Positions 8,707 to 18,593 of a DNA stretch of 64,000 bases are shown piece by piece. The position numbers and the translations under genes were made by a program. Positions within the stretch are counted from its first letter, which is position 1. Each line of letters opens with the position of its first letter. Source of the DNA: Chthoniobacterales bacterium (GTDB lineage: Bacteria; Verrucomicrobiota; Verrucomicrobiia; Chthoniobacterales; UBA6821). The notes beneath the pieces were generated by a model. It had not been told where the DNA came from, made no database searches, and was given only the letters and a program-made list of their open reading frames with translations. The stretch covers positions 69,538 to 133,537 of the forward strand of contig JAPJNA010000049.1 in the NCBI GenBank assembly GCA_026461395.1, read 5' to 3'.

Positions 8707-9687
8707 ATGATCGCGGTGCATTATGATCGGGGGGTCTATCTTCCAGAGTGCGATCATCTCTGGTTGGATCCTCGAGGAACGCGCCCCTTCGCGTTCATAT
8801 CCCACGCCCATAGTGACCATACGGGTCACCACCAGAGGACAATCCTGACAGAGCCTACGGCCCGCTTCATGCGCGCCCGCATGGGGTCGAGTGGTAAGGT
8901 GCAGCATGTCCTGAAGTACGGCGAGGAGAGGGAGTTCGGATCCTTCAAAGCCACGCTCCTTCCTGCGGGACATGTTCTGGGATCGGCTCAAGTTCTGATC
9001 GATCTAGATGGCGAGCGGTTGCTCTACACGGGTGACTTCAAGCTTCGACCCGGGCTCTCCAGCGAAGCGGCACAATGCGTTCAGGCCGACACGCTGATCA
9101 TGGAGACGACATTCGGTCTCCCTCATTACAATTTCCCCCCACCGTCAAAAACGATTGCCAGTATTTTGGAATTCTGTCGTTCCACCCTGGCTGAGGGTTC
9201 GGTGCCCGTGCTTCTCGGATACTCTCTTGGCAAGGCTCAGGAAATCCTGGCTGCACTCATGGGGTCTGAACTACCCGTGATGCTGCACGGTTCTATCTGG
9301 CAGATGACCCGTCTTTATGAGGACTTCGGAGCAGTTTTCCCGCCTTATGAGCGTTTTGAACCTGAGCAAATTACGGGGCATGTCCTGATCTTTCCCCCTA
9401 TGACGAAGAATTCTGCGATACTCGAAAAAATCACAAAAAAGAGAGTGGCGATGATCACAGGCTGGGGTCTCGATGAGAGGGCTGTCTATCGATACGGATG
9501 CGACGCTGTCTTTCCACTCTCCGACCATGCTGATTATGGCGAACTGATGGAGATGGTCGATCTCGTGAAGCCTTCCCGTGTCTTAACACTGCATGGTTAT
9601 GCCGATCAATTCGCCTTGGACCTACGGCGTCGCGGCATCGATGCCTGGTCGCTCACCGGCGGGAATCAACTCGAGTTCGGGCTCTGA
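8707..9687 (+). CDS. MBL-fold / beta-CASP exonuclease (ligase-associated DNA-damage-response exonuclease-like)
   Basis: FISHAHSDHTG (HxHxDH) and C-terminal FPLSDHADYGELMEMV (beta-CASP motif C region). ATG 8707 was chosen because it lies 5 nt after the lgt stop. Confidence 0.75.
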   Translation: MIAVHYDRGVYLPECDHLWLDPRGTRPFAFISHAHSDHTGHHQRTILTEPTARFMRARMGSSGKVQHVLKYGEEREFGSFKATLLPAGHVLGSAQVLIDLDGERLLYTGDFKLRPGLSSEAAQCVQADTLIMETTFGLPHYNFPPPSKTIASILEFCRSTLAEGSVPVLLGYSLGKAQEILAALMGSELPVMLHGSIWQMTRLYEDFGAVFPPYERFEPEQITGHVLIFPPMTKNSAILEKITKKRVAMITGWGLDERAVYRYGCDAVFPLSDHADYGELMEMVDLVKPSRVLTLHGYADQFALDLRRRGIDAWSLTGGNQLEFGL

Positions 9688-9724
9688 GTGAGCGGTTGGT
9701 GGACCCCTCACTTTCGGATCCTTA

Positions 9725-10483
9725 TCAGGATCGCAACATCTTCTCTACACGAGCAGCATCCGCCGGCGTATCAACCCCAAAGCCGCGATGGGAGGTCATG
9801 ACCACACGGATTGGGATGCCGTTCTCCAGGGCGCGGAGTTGTTCCAGTTTCTCGCACTGCTCGAGGGGGGTTGGGGTGAAGCGGACCAATTTTCGTAACA
9901 CGTCTCTCCGGTATCCATAGATGCCGACATGGAGCAGCGGCTTTACAGCGCTTGTCTTGTCCTTCGCGTCGCGCTGATAGGGGATCCTGCTCCGCGAAAA
10001 ATAGAGCGCTTCGTCATGTCGTCCCATCACTACCTTCACACAGTTAGGATCATCGACTTCCTGGGGATCGGTGAAGGGGGTCGCCGCGGTTATCATACCG
10101 ATCTTCGGGTCGCGCTTCAGAGTCTTGGCCAATAAAGATATCAAGAGCGGATCGATCATCGGCTCATCACCCTGCACATTAATGAAGTGCGTCGCTTCCT
10201 TGAGTCGCAACGCTACTTCAGCAATCCGGTCAGTGCCGCTCGGATGATCGGACGATGTCATCACAACATCGGCCCCAAAATTGAGCGCCGCCTCGGCAAT
10301 CCGGTCCTCATCGGTGGCGATTAGGACACAGGAGATCCCTTTTGCTTGGAGAGCACGTTCCCATACATGCTGGACCAGCGGTTTTCCCGCAATCGCATGG
10401 AGGCACTTTCCTGGAAAACGCATTGATCCCCAACGGGCCGGGATAACGAGGGCGATAGTGGTTTTGGAAGTGAGAGCGCTCAT
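9725..10483 (-). CDS. kdsB: 3-deoxy-manno-octulosonate cytidylyltransferase (CMP-Kdo synthetase)
   Basis: 252 aa. IALVIPARWGSMRFPGKCLHAIAGKPLVQHVWERA and INVQGDEPMIDP are typical KdsB motifs. Confidence 0.92.
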   Translation of the reverse strand: MSALTSKTTIALVIPARWGSMRFPGKCLHAIAGKPLVQHVWERALQAKGISCVLIATDEDRIAEAALNFGADVVMTSSDHPSGTDRIAEVALRLKEATHFINVQGDEPMIDPLLISLLAKTLKRDPKIGMITAATPFTDPQEVDDPNCVKVVMGRHDEALYFSRSRIPYQRDAKDKTSAVKPLLHVGIYGYRRDVLRKLVRFTPTPLEQCEKLEQLRALENGIPIRVVMTSHRGFGVDTPADAARVEKMLRS

Positions 10484-10520
10484 GGTAGAAAAAAATTCAA
10501 GGACTTAGCGGTTGAAAGAT

Positions 10521-11060
10521 TCAAAGGGCACCGTCGAGCACAAGACGAACAGCCTCGGTGACCGTCGGCGCGATGAAGTCGGCCCCGCAGCCAAGATGTT
10601 CTTTCCCGTAGCCTGTCTCCACGAGAATGGTGCGCACGCCTGCGTTCCGGCCGCACTCGATGTCGATCCCCTTGTCCCCGATCATGAAGGAGCGCTTGAG
10701 ATCAATGCCGTGCTCAGATGCCGCCTCGAGGATCATGCCGGGTGCCGGCTTGCGACGTGGTGATGGGTTGTCAGGATGATCAGGCGCCATATAGGAGGCC
10801 TCGACTTCCCCGTTAAGTTGGCGGAAAAGCTCCGCCTGTACGGATTCGAACTGTTCGACGGTAAAGTATCCCCCGCCGATGCCGCTCTGGTTCGTGATGA
10901 TGATCACAGCCCAGCCCAACGAGCGTGCTTGAGCGAGTACTTCAGCGGCACCCGGATAGGCTCTGACATCTGCGGGGTCGTGACAATGGTCGACCTCGAC
11001 CATGAGCGTTCCGTCCCGGTCAACAAAGAGGGCGGGACGCAGACCTTGTGCGCCGCTCAT
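10521..11060 (-). CDS. gmhB: D-glycero-D-manno-heptose 1,7-bisphosphate phosphatase (HAD-IIIA)
   Basis: FVDRDGTL (DxDGT nucleophile motif), IITNQSGIGGGYF, MIGDKGIDIECGRNAG. 4-nt overlap with the upstream kinase gene. Confidence 0.88.
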   Translation of the reverse strand: MSGAQGLRPALFVDRDGTLMVEVDHCHDPADVRAYPGAAEVLAQARSLGWAVIIITNQSGIGGGYFTVEQFESVQAELFRQLNGEVEASYMAPDHPDNPSPRRKPAPGMILEAASEHGIDLKRSFMIGDKGIDIECGRNAGVRTILVETGYGKEHLGCGADFIAPTVTEAVRLVLDGAL

Positions 11061-12064
11061 GTTTGAGCAAGATCCCTGAAACTCGCTTCCAGTTCGGCGC
11101 GCGTGCAGGTGGCGGTGCCCAGTTTGCCCACGACGATGCCAGCGGCATGGTTGGCCAGTTCGGCCGCCTCCTCCGGGTTGGCTCCCGCTGTGATGCCTAG
11201 TGTGTAAAGAGAGATGGAAGTGTCACCCGCGCCGGAAACATCGAAGATTTCCCGGGCGCGTGTCGGCGTGTGATAAGGCGGCAGCCCCTTGCGAAAGAGC
11301 ATCATGCCTTGCTCGCTCAGGGTGATTAGGAGAGAGCCGGCATTCCAGCGATTGAGAAGGATTTCACCCACCTTCATCAGGGCCGCGTCGTTTTCAACGG
11401 GATGAACAGGTGCGGAAAGTGGAATGCCTGCGGCGGCGAAGGCCTCGGAACGGTTTGGTTTGATTGTGGCAATTCCTGGCCATTCCAGGGGATTTTTGGG
11501 ATTGGGATCGCAGGTGACGATCACCCCCTTGTCCCGCGCCTCTTCTAGGACGGCATCCACCAATCCTTGGTCAAGGAATCCCTTGCCATAATCCTCAATA
11601 AGCACGGCATCGGCCTCTCCAACTAGCTGGCGTGTCTTGCTGAGGATATCCTGCCTTTCCGAACCAGGTGCCATGCGCTGTTCGCGGTCTACCCTGACGA
11701 CCTGCTGGCGCTGGGCAATGATCCGGGTTTTCACGATAGTCGGGATGGAAGGATGCGTGAAGAGGCCCTCGATGGATATCCCCTCGCTCCTCAGTAGCCC
11801 TGTGAGTTTTTCACCGGAGGCATCGTTCCCCACTATTCCAAGCATGGTGACCGAGGCGGTAAACTCCCGAAGATTGCGTGCCACGTTTGCCGCTCCGCCG
11901 GGATAGCTGGACTCGCTCTGCACCTCCACGATGGGCACCGGTGCCTCGGGGGAGATCCTCCCCACATTTCCCCAGACAAACTCGTCCAGCATCAGATCGC
12001 CAATTACGAGGAGTCGTTTGGCCGCTGCCTTATCAAGAATGTGTTGTAATCTTTCCCGGTCCAT
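11057..12064 (-). CDS. hldA: D-glycero-beta-D-manno-heptose-7-phosphate kinase (RfaE domain I / HldA-type, kinase only)
   Basis: 335 aa PfkB-family protein. LVIGDLMLDEFVWGNVGRISPEAPVPIV and DVSGAGDTSISL. There is no C-terminal cytidylyltransferase-like (HldC) domain. Confidence 0.85.
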   Translation of the reverse strand: MDRERLQHILDKAAAKRLLVIGDLMLDEFVWGNVGRISPEAPVPIVEVQSESSYPGGAANVARNLREFTASVTMLGIVGNDASGEKLTGLLRSEGISIEGLFTHPSIPTIVKTRIIAQRQQVVRVDREQRMAPGSERQDILSKTRQLVGEADAVLIEDYGKGFLDQGLVDAVLEEARDKGVIVTCDPNPKNPLEWPGIATIKPNRSEAFAAAGIPLSAPVHPVENDAALMKVGEILLNRWNAGSLLITLSEQGMMLFRKGLPPYHTPTRAREIFDVSGAGDTSISLYTLGITAGANPEEAAELANHAAGIVVGKLGTATCTRAELEASFRDLAQT

Positions 12065-12159
12065 TACAGATTGAAGTCAACCAAAAGCGTGTGAACTACG
12101 ATTCGCCCATGCTCCATAGCGAGACCCCTCTCGGCGAGGGTATTTTTTCCAGATTTCCG

Positions 12160-12978
12160 ATGAATCATCTTTTTTTATTCAGCACGGCTATCGTCTGCCT
12201 GTTTCTAATCTCCCCTCCGATCCTAAGGGCGGACACTCCTCCCAAGAAAATCTCACTTTCCGATTTTCCTGCTGCGGCCGTTGAGGAGGTGGTGGTGCCG
12301 GTACCCAGTGAAATCTTTGCTGTTCTCGACAAACTCGGCAATCCGAACTGGAAGGGTCAACTCCGTGACGGCAAGGTCCGCACACCGGAGGACCGCGCAC
12401 GCACTGCCCTTCTTCTCGGCAATGTGATCGCTGAAGGATTTGTGGCCGTCGAGGCCGAGGACGCTGAGCGTGTGAAGGAACTCGGTCGCCAGGTTCTGAC
12501 GCTCGCGGAAGCAATCAATGTCCGTAAGTCGGTCATTGCCCGGAGCAAGAGCATCACCGACAAGGCCGATCAGCGTGATTGGAGAGGTGTCCGGGCAGAG
12601 TTTGACGGTGCCCTGCAGGATGTCCGCGGCGCCATGCAGGAACTCAATGATCAGGATCTTTCGCAGTTGGTGAGTCTGGGCGGATGGCTCCGGGGTACCG
12701 AGGTGCTCACCTCAATCGTGAGTGGAGGGTTTTCCAAGGACGGTATAGAACTTCTTCATCAGCCCGAATTAGTGAATTATTTCGATCGTTGCATCGGCTC
12801 CATGGGAGGACGGCTCCGAAAGAATCCGCTAGTTGCCAGCATCCGGGATGTACTGAGGAAAATCGGGCCTATTGTTAACGAGGGGGGAGATAAAATCACC
12901 CCTGAACAGGTCAAATCAATCCATGATCTCACTCATGGTGTGAACCAGCAGATTGTTGAAGGGACCACCGGAAACTGA
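12160..12978 (+). CDS. Hypothetical secreted alpha-helical protein
   Basis: ATG 12160 gives the signal peptide MNHLFLFSTAIVCLFLISPPILRA. The upstream part of ORF 11878 overlaps hldA and looks non-coding. Confidence 0.6.
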   Translation: MNHLFLFSTAIVCLFLISPPILRADTPPKKISLSDFPAAAVEEVVVPVPSEIFAVLDKLGNPNWKGQLRDGKVRTPEDRARTALLLGNVIAEGFVAVEAEDAERVKELGRQVLTLAEAINVRKSVIARSKSITDKADQRDWRGVRAEFDGALQDVRGAMQELNDQDLSQLVSLGGWLRGTEVLTSIVSGGFSKDGIELLHQPELVNYFDRCIGSMGGRLRKNPLVASIRDVLRKIGPIVNEGGDKITPEQVKSIHDLTHGVNQQIVEGTTGN

Positions 12979-12980
12979 TC

Positions 12981-13445
12981 ATGAAATTTTTTCTTTTCAG
13001 TGGATTTGGCACGCGAACCCAACGATTTATTGTCGTAACGGTGTTGCTCGCCGCCTGCTCGCCCTGCCTGGTCCGCGCCACCGTGGACGATGCCCTCTCG
13101 TTCGCCTATGAGGCGGCTCTACCCTATTATAAACAGGGATACTCCATTCGTAAGGATGCCTGGGGCGGCGACCTCGGGGTTCGGGACAAAAAGGCTGTTA
13201 GTTCGCAACTCTTTAAGGGAAATAATTATTGGTTCCTGATGGCCTCCGATGTGAAGGGGGCGACCCTTTCCGTTCACATTTACGACGACAACGGCAATCT
13301 TGTTGATGCCGAAAGCTGGCAGAAGGGCCGTTTTGCCGGAGCAAGAGTCAGCCCGAAGGCAACGGGAACATTTTTTGCTATCGTCCAGATCCTTAAGTCC
13401 CCCGAGGATCGCACTCCGTGGGCGTTGGTTTACGGCTATAAGTAG
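12981..13445 (+). CDS. Hypothetical secreted protein
   Basis: 154 aa. Hydrophobic N-terminus FIVVTVLLAACSPCLVRA. Starts 3 nt after the preceding gene, so likely co-transcribed. Confidence 0.55.
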   Translation: MKFFLFSGFGTRTQRFIVVTVLLAACSPCLVRATVDDALSFAYEAALPYYKQGYSIRKDAWGGDLGVRDKKAVSSQLFKGNNYWFLMASDVKGATLSVHIYDDNGNLVDAESWQKGRFAGARVSPKATGTFFAIVQILKSPEDRTPWALVYGYK

Positions 13446-13454
13446 CCGTCGTCG

Positions 13455-14546
13455 TTGAAGAGACCATTACAGAAAAGAAAGCAGGATCCTGCTCGCAATC
13501 CGAAGAAGGCGTCAGCTTTCGGAGAAGGGGTCACGTTGGAATTCGATAATGCTCGTGCCCTGCAAGCTCTCTACGGAGGTGATGAGAAATTGCTTCGACT
13601 CATGGAGAGGGATTTTGGTGTTCGCATCACAAGCCGTGACGGGTGGCTGAAGATCCAGGGTGATGACAAAGCCGTGACCAAGGCCAGGCATGTATTCGAT
13701 GAACTGCGCCGAGTCGTTTCCTTGGGGGGAGTGATCGGACGCGATGAGTTTCTATTCGCCCTCGAGCATCCCGAGCCTTCAGAGCCCTCCGTTTCTACTC
13801 CTGCCCACCCGGGTCCCGATGGTTGCTCGCCGCTTCCGACTCCTTCTCCTCTAGAAGGCCTCTATCAGGAACGGATCCAGTGTTCTCAGCGCAAGCCGCC
13901 CGTTGTTCCGAAGAACCTATCCCAGCGAGATTATCTCCGTGCTATCGATGCCCACGATATCACTTTTGGTGTCGGTCCCGCCGGAACCGGAAAGACATAC
14001 CTTGCCGTTGCCAAGGCGGTTGCAGCTCTCAAGACGGAAAAAGTAAGCCGGATCATCCTCACGCGACCCGCCGTGGAGGCCGGTGAGGCTCTGGGATTCC
14101 TGCCCGGGGAGCTGCAGGAAAAAATCCTGCCTTATCTTCGCCCCCTCTACGATGCTCTGCACGACATGCTGGAACCTGAGGAAATTCAGCGCGCCATCGA
14201 GCGGAACATCATTGAGATCGCTCCCTTGGCCTACATGCGTGGCAGAACCCTGAACAAGGCATTCATCATCCTGGATGAGGCTCAGAATACGACCACCGAG
14301 CAGATGTTCATGTTTCTCACTCGCATCGGGATCGGTTCGAAGTGCGTGATCACGGGCGACAGGACTCAAATCGATCTTCCCAAGAACAAGCCGAGCGGTC
14401 TGATTGAGGCGATTGGCGCACTGGCAAACACTCCGGGAATCAACTTCCATCTTTTCGGCGAAAAAGATGTCGTTCGTCACCCTCTGGTTAGGGCAATCAT
14501 CACGGCCTATAAAGAGCATCGCGGTCTCCAAGAGACCCGTATTTGA
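13455..14546 (+). CDS. phoH: PhoH-family ATPase (YbeZ-like, with N-terminal KH-like extension)
   Basis: GPAGTGKTYLAVA (Walker A), ILTRPAVEAGEALGFLPGELQEKILPYLRPLYDAL, FIILDEAQNTT (Walker B). TTG start. Confidence 0.92.
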   Translation: MKRPLQKRKQDPARNPKKASAFGEGVTLEFDNARALQALYGGDEKLLRLMERDFGVRITSRDGWLKIQGDDKAVTKARHVFDELRRVVSLGGVIGRDEFLFALEHPEPSEPSVSTPAHPGPDGCSPLPTPSPLEGLYQERIQCSQRKPPVVPKNLSQRDYLRAIDAHDITFGVGPAGTGKTYLAVAKAVAALKTEKVSRIILTRPAVEAGEALGFLPGELQEKILPYLRPLYDALHDMLEPEEIQRAIERNIIEIAPLAYMRGRTLNKAFIILDEAQNTTTEQMFMFLTRIGIGSKCVITGDRTQIDLPKNKPSGLIEAIGALANTPGINFHLFGEKDVVRHPLVRAIITAYKEHRGLQETRI

Positions 14547-14556
14547 TTATCATTCC

Positions 14557-16128
14557 ATGTTCCGTTTCCTGAAAAAACAGCGGCTCGCCGCCCGGGGGAT
14601 GAGTTGCGGGAAGTCACGCCTTGCCAGCAGGGAGACCATGTTCGGCATGCTTGAGGAGGGGCGTCTGCTCCGTTTTGGGATAGTCTTTGCAGCGGCTGGA
14701 ATTCTTGCCCTGTTCTGCCTGGCGGGAGATGCGCCCGATCCGCTGAAGCATCTGCTGTACGCTCTCCTCGTGCTTTTCCTTGCCGTTGTCCAACTGGTAG
14801 TCAGCAACGATTCGGTCTTAAAGAAAAATTCCTCTCTCGCTCTTTTCCTGGGGGTAATCCTGTTGCAGGTAGGGATTGGTGAGTTTCTGCAAGGACAGGT
14901 AAGCCAGGGACGTCTGGATGATCGCTTAGTCGCTCTACTGCTTCCCTACGCGTTTGCACCTTTGATTCTTTCCGTGTTGATGGGTCCCCAGATCGGACTC
15001 TCGGCATGTCTGGTCGGCGCTCTCTGGTGGACGGCCCTTCATGTCACGAGAGACCCATTTTTGCTTCTGCTGGCTATCACCGGGGGTCTTGCAGCCGTTC
15101 TTTCCACCCTGCGGGTCCGCCGCCGATCGAGGCTTCTGAGGGCAGGTTTTTATTCAGGTATCGCCGTCTGGATCCTGGCAGTCCTTTCCGGCCTGATCGG
15201 TTCAGTACTTTGGAATAGTCTCACCTCCACGGACTGGTGGAGTCTTGGTATTGAAAGCATTCTTGCCGTAGGCACGGGGATAATTACTGCAGTTCTTGTC
15301 AGCGGTTCTCTTCCGATCATTGAGAAACTTTTTGGGATCACCACGGAGATTTCCTGGCTTGAGCTGGCGGACCTCAATCATCCCCTGCTCCGAAGAATGA
15401 GCCTCGAGGCACCCGGCACCTACCATCACTCGCTGGCGATGGCTAATCTTGCGGAGGCTTGCGCCGAGAAAGTCGGTGCCAATGCCACGCTCTGTCGGGT
15501 TTCCGCCTACTTCCATGACATCGGCAAGCTGGTTAAACCTGAGTACTTCGCGGAAAACATGCCCTCCGGAGAGAATCTCCATGATGAATTAACTCCCACC
15601 ATGAGTGCTTTGGTTATCCTTTCGCATGTTAAGGAGGGGGTCGATCTGGCTATCCGCAACAAATTGAACCACCGCGTGATCGATGCAATCAAACAGCACC
15701 ACGGTACGACAGTTGTCGAATATTTCTACCAGCGTGCGTGTCAACAAGAGAAGGATGCCCGTGTGGGAGGCTCCCTCATGAATGTTCGCCCCGAGGATAT
15801 TCCAAAAGTCAACGAGGAGAGCTATCGCTATCCCGGTCCCAAGCCGCAGACCCTAGAGGCTGTTATCATGGGGCTCGCCGATGCTGCCGAGAGTGCCTCC
15901 CGAAGTCTGGAGCGGCCCACTCCCCAGCGACTGGACGACCTTGTCCATGATCTCCTCAAGGACCGGATCGATGACGGGCAGTATGACGAAGCTCCCGTCA
16001 CGGTTTGCCAACTCCAAGAGATCGCCGCCTCCCTAGTCTCAAGTCTCAGCAGCATGCACCACAGCAGGATTGCCTATGGACGGCGGAAGGATGATAAGCC
16101 TCTTGTGGCAAGGGCTGATCAGGAGTGA
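14557..16128 (+). CDS. 7TM-receptor HD/HDIG-domain phosphohydrolase (PgpH/YqfF-like)
   Basis: Multi-TM N-terminal half, then AYFHDIGKLVKPEYF (HDIG) and IKQHHGTT. ATG 14557 lies 11 nt after the phoH stop. This pairing with phoH is the classical gene order. Confidence 0.88.
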   Translation: MFRFLKKQRLAARGMSCGKSRLASRETMFGMLEEGRLLRFGIVFAAAGILALFCLAGDAPDPLKHLLYALLVLFLAVVQLVVSNDSVLKKNSSLALFLGVILLQVGIGEFLQGQVSQGRLDDRLVALLLPYAFAPLILSVLMGPQIGLSACLVGALWWTALHVTRDPFLLLLAITGGLAAVLSTLRVRRRSRLLRAGFYSGIAVWILAVLSGLIGSVLWNSLTSTDWWSLGIESILAVGTGIITAVLVSGSLPIIEKLFGITTEISWLELADLNHPLLRRMSLEAPGTYHHSLAMANLAEACAEKVGANATLCRVSAYFHDIGKLVKPEYFAENMPSGENLHDELTPTMSALVILSHVKEGVDLAIRNKLNHRVIDAIKQHHGTTVVEYFYQRACQQEKDARVGGSLMNVRPEDIPKVNEESYRYPGPKPQTLEAVIMGLADAAESASRSLERPTPQRLDDLVHDLLKDRIDDGQYDEAPVTVCQLQEIAASLVSSLSSMHHSRIAYGRRKDDKPLVARADQE

Positions 16129-17345
16129 CGTGACTCTGAAGGCTTAATCAGGAAGGTGAGTCCCGCACCCAGGATCAGGAGCAATCCGGCTGTGATAAAA
16201 CTGGAATCAAAGCTTCCACTGCTTGCCTTCAGCATTTGCTGAAGCCTGCTGAGAGCGAACCCTCCCACACCCCAGGCAGTGAAGAGGCAGCCGTAGTTCA
16301 TTCCGAAGTTCTTGAGTCCCCAGAGGTCCTTAGCGAGGGATGGAAAGATAGAGAGGTTGGCGCCGTAGTTGAAGCCGATGAATGAGGCCACCAGCACGAT
16401 AAGATACTTGCCCCCTCCCGAAGAGGAGGTGATAGGTATTGCACCGAACATCAGGGCGGATTGGATCAGCAGGACTAGCATGAGGGTCCAGCTTCTTCCG
16501 ATCCTGTCGGAGAAGATTCCTGCCACGATGCGCCCACCCGCATTGCCAATTGCCATCACGGCAACGGCGATGAAGGCCGACTCGCCCATGGACTTCTTGG
16601 CCATGCCGCTGATGCTGCTGATAACCATGAGTCCGGCTCCAGCTCCGATGAAGTAGAGTACCCAGAGAAGCCAGAACGAAGGGGTTCTGATGATTTGTCC
16701 GGGCGAGCGATCGAGAGAGGGCCGGGCCATCGATCCTCCCGTGCTGGGGCTTGCCGCATGCGAGTAACCAGCTGGAGGGTTCACAAGCAGCTGGGATAAG
16801 CCGCAGACGATGATGGCGAAGACGACACCAAAGAAAAGCATCGATTGGAGGAGCCCGAAGTGTCGCAGCAGGAAGTCAGAAGCCGGAGCAAGATAGAGCG
16901 GCGCTAGACCGAACCCAGCAACGACAATGCCTGCGATGAGTCCGGTTTTGGAGGGGGGGAACCACTTCAACGCAGGGGGTGTGGCCGAGGAATAACCGAA
17001 GCCGACGCCGATGCCAACTAATACCCCGAAGCCAAGCACCCAGATGACGTAGCTGTTGGTTGTGGAGATCAACGAAAAACCTACTGCAACAAGTAGGCCG
17101 CCGATGGTAGCCGTGACCCTGGGGCCTAGCTTATCCTGACATCTTCCGGCCAGGATCATAGAAAAGGCAAAGACCAGACAGCAGAGAGCGTAGGGGTCGT
17201 TGAGTTGGGATCCCTTCCAACCGAAATCCTTTTCAATGGCTCCCTTGAACATACTCCACGTGTAGAGCACTCCTAGGGCGAGGTTGATACCTAGTCCTGC
17301 CAGCGCAACGCGCCAGCCTTTATTTAAGTCCGTGGGGGAAGTCAC
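16119..17345 (-). CDS. MFS transporter, oxalate/formate-antiporter-like (OFA) family
   Basis: 408 aa with about 12 hydrophobic segments. N-terminal GWRVALAGLGINLALGVLYTWSMF resembles the OFA subfamily. GTG start. Confidence 0.8.
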   Translation of the reverse strand: MTSPTDLNKGWRVALAGLGINLALGVLYTWSMFKGAIEKDFGWKGSQLNDPYALCCLVFAFSMILAGRCQDKLGPRVTATIGGLLVAVGFSLISTTNSYVIWVLGFGVLVGIGVGFGYSSATPPALKWFPPSKTGLIAGIVVAGFGLAPLYLAPASDFLLRHFGLLQSMLFFGVVFAIIVCGLSQLLVNPPAGYSHAASPSTGGSMARPSLDRSPGQIIRTPSFWLLWVLYFIGAGAGLMVISSISGMAKKSMGESAFIAVAVMAIGNAGGRIVAGIFSDRIGRSWTLMLVLLIQSALMFGAIPITSSSGGGKYLIVLVASFIGFNYGANLSIFPSLAKDLWGLKNFGMNYGCLFTAWGVGGFALSRLQQMLKASSGSFDSSFITAGLLLILGAGLTFLIKPSESRHS

Positions 17346-17399
17346 GAGTATGAGGATTAAGGAACCAAGATCATGGAGAAAAAGCGAAAGGAGTGCCTA

Positions 17400-18509
17400 T
17401 CAAAGCTTTACCCCAAACCGCTCACCCTTACTGCAATCAAGGGCAAAGCCGGCCAGAAGTTCGGCGGTCTGCTCGAGGTCCGAATATTGGATCATCTCCA
17501 CAGGAGAATGCATATACCGATTTGGGACGCCAATGGAAACGGTCGGGATGCCCCCCTTTTGCTTGAAGATCGCGTCGGCATCAGTGCCCGTCCAGCGGGG
17601 ATTTACCTCCACCTGAAGAGGGACTTTTGAGTGCTCCCCCAACTTACGAAGACGGGCATTCACGACGGGATGATTCACGCTTCCAAGACTGATCACGGGC
17701 CCCTTACCCATGAAAACTTCACCGTGCTTTGTCTTGGAGCAGTTTGGAATGTCGGTGGCATGGGTCACATCAACCACCAGAGCCACATCGGGATGGACGG
17801 TATAACCTGCCATGGAGGCTCCGTAGAGACCGTTTTCCTCTTGAATGGTGGAAACGGCCACAAGCTTTGCTTGGAGATTTTTCTTTTTTAGGGAGGCAAT
17901 GCGCAGACCTTCGGCTGCAGCCCAGGCACCGATTCTGTTATCGCAACCTCGTGCCGCGAAGCGTCCTCCCGCCAATTCCTGGAACTCCGCCGAGTAGGTG
18001 ACAGCATCGCCGATGGAGACCAGTTTCTCAGCCTCTTTCCGTGTGGAGGCGCCGATATCGATATGCATGGCGTGTATTTCGGGAACCTTGTTGCGGTCGT
18101 CTGGCTCCTGAAGATGAATGGCGAGAAGTCCGGTAACTCCGGGCACAGAACCTTTTGAGCCATGAACCGTGACGCGTTGGCCGCGTATCAGTCCTTTGTC
18201 CACCCCTCCGATACCCTTAAAGTAGAGGAATCCCTCCTCCGAGATGTGTGAGACCATCATTCCGAGTTCATCGACATGGCCACTGATAAGGATCGTAGGA
18301 TCTCCCTTCCCGGAGCCTGGGTTCAGCGTAGCGTAGGCATTACCGTAGGAATCGATCTCCACCGAATCGGCAAACTGGCTCACGTAATCAACCCAAACCT
18401 TCTGTCCCTTGGTCTCGAAGCCCGATGGGGAGTGGGTGTTAAGAAGTTTTTTGAGAAATGCGTAGGGCGCGCCGAGGGAGTCGTGGGAGGTTTTTGCGGA
18501 GGATTTCAT
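17400..18509 (-). CDS. M42-family metallo-aminopeptidase (glutamyl aminopeptidase / CelM-like)
   Basis: 369 aa. SPSGFE, ILISGHVDELGMMV, DNRIGAWAA and QEENGLYGA match the M42 metal-ligand motifs. Confidence 0.88.
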   Translation of the reverse strand: MKSSAKTSHDSLGAPYAFLKKLLNTHSPSGFETKGQKVWVDYVSQFADSVEIDSYGNAYATLNPGSGKGDPTILISGHVDELGMMVSHISEEGFLYFKGIGGVDKGLIRGQRVTVHGSKGSVPGVTGLLAIHLQEPDDRNKVPEIHAMHIDIGASTRKEAEKLVSIGDAVTYSAEFQELAGGRFAARGCDNRIGAWAAAEGLRIASLKKKNLQAKLVAVSTIQEENGLYGASMAGYTVHPDVALVVDVTHATDIPNCSKTKHGEVFMGKGPVISLGSVNHPVVNARLRKLGEHSKVPLQVEVNPRWTGTDADAIFKQKGGIPTVSIGVPNRYMHSPVEMIQYSDLEQTAELLAGFALDCSKGERFGVKL

Positions 18510-18593
18510 GAACCCAGAATGATGTTAATCAAGCATCATGAGATAGCTTAATCATTCGAAATTCAAAAAACCTTTCGATGCGAGGGAATATGT

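Noticed and set aside
11878-12159. N-terminal 94 codons of ORF 11878-12978 (and similarly 5055-5285, 14404-14556, 40878-41099, 8626-8706)
   Set aside because: These extensions overlap the preceding well-supported genes and have Arg/Pro-rich nonsense composition. Internal ATGs give proper signal peptides or conserved N-termini, so I trimmed the starts.
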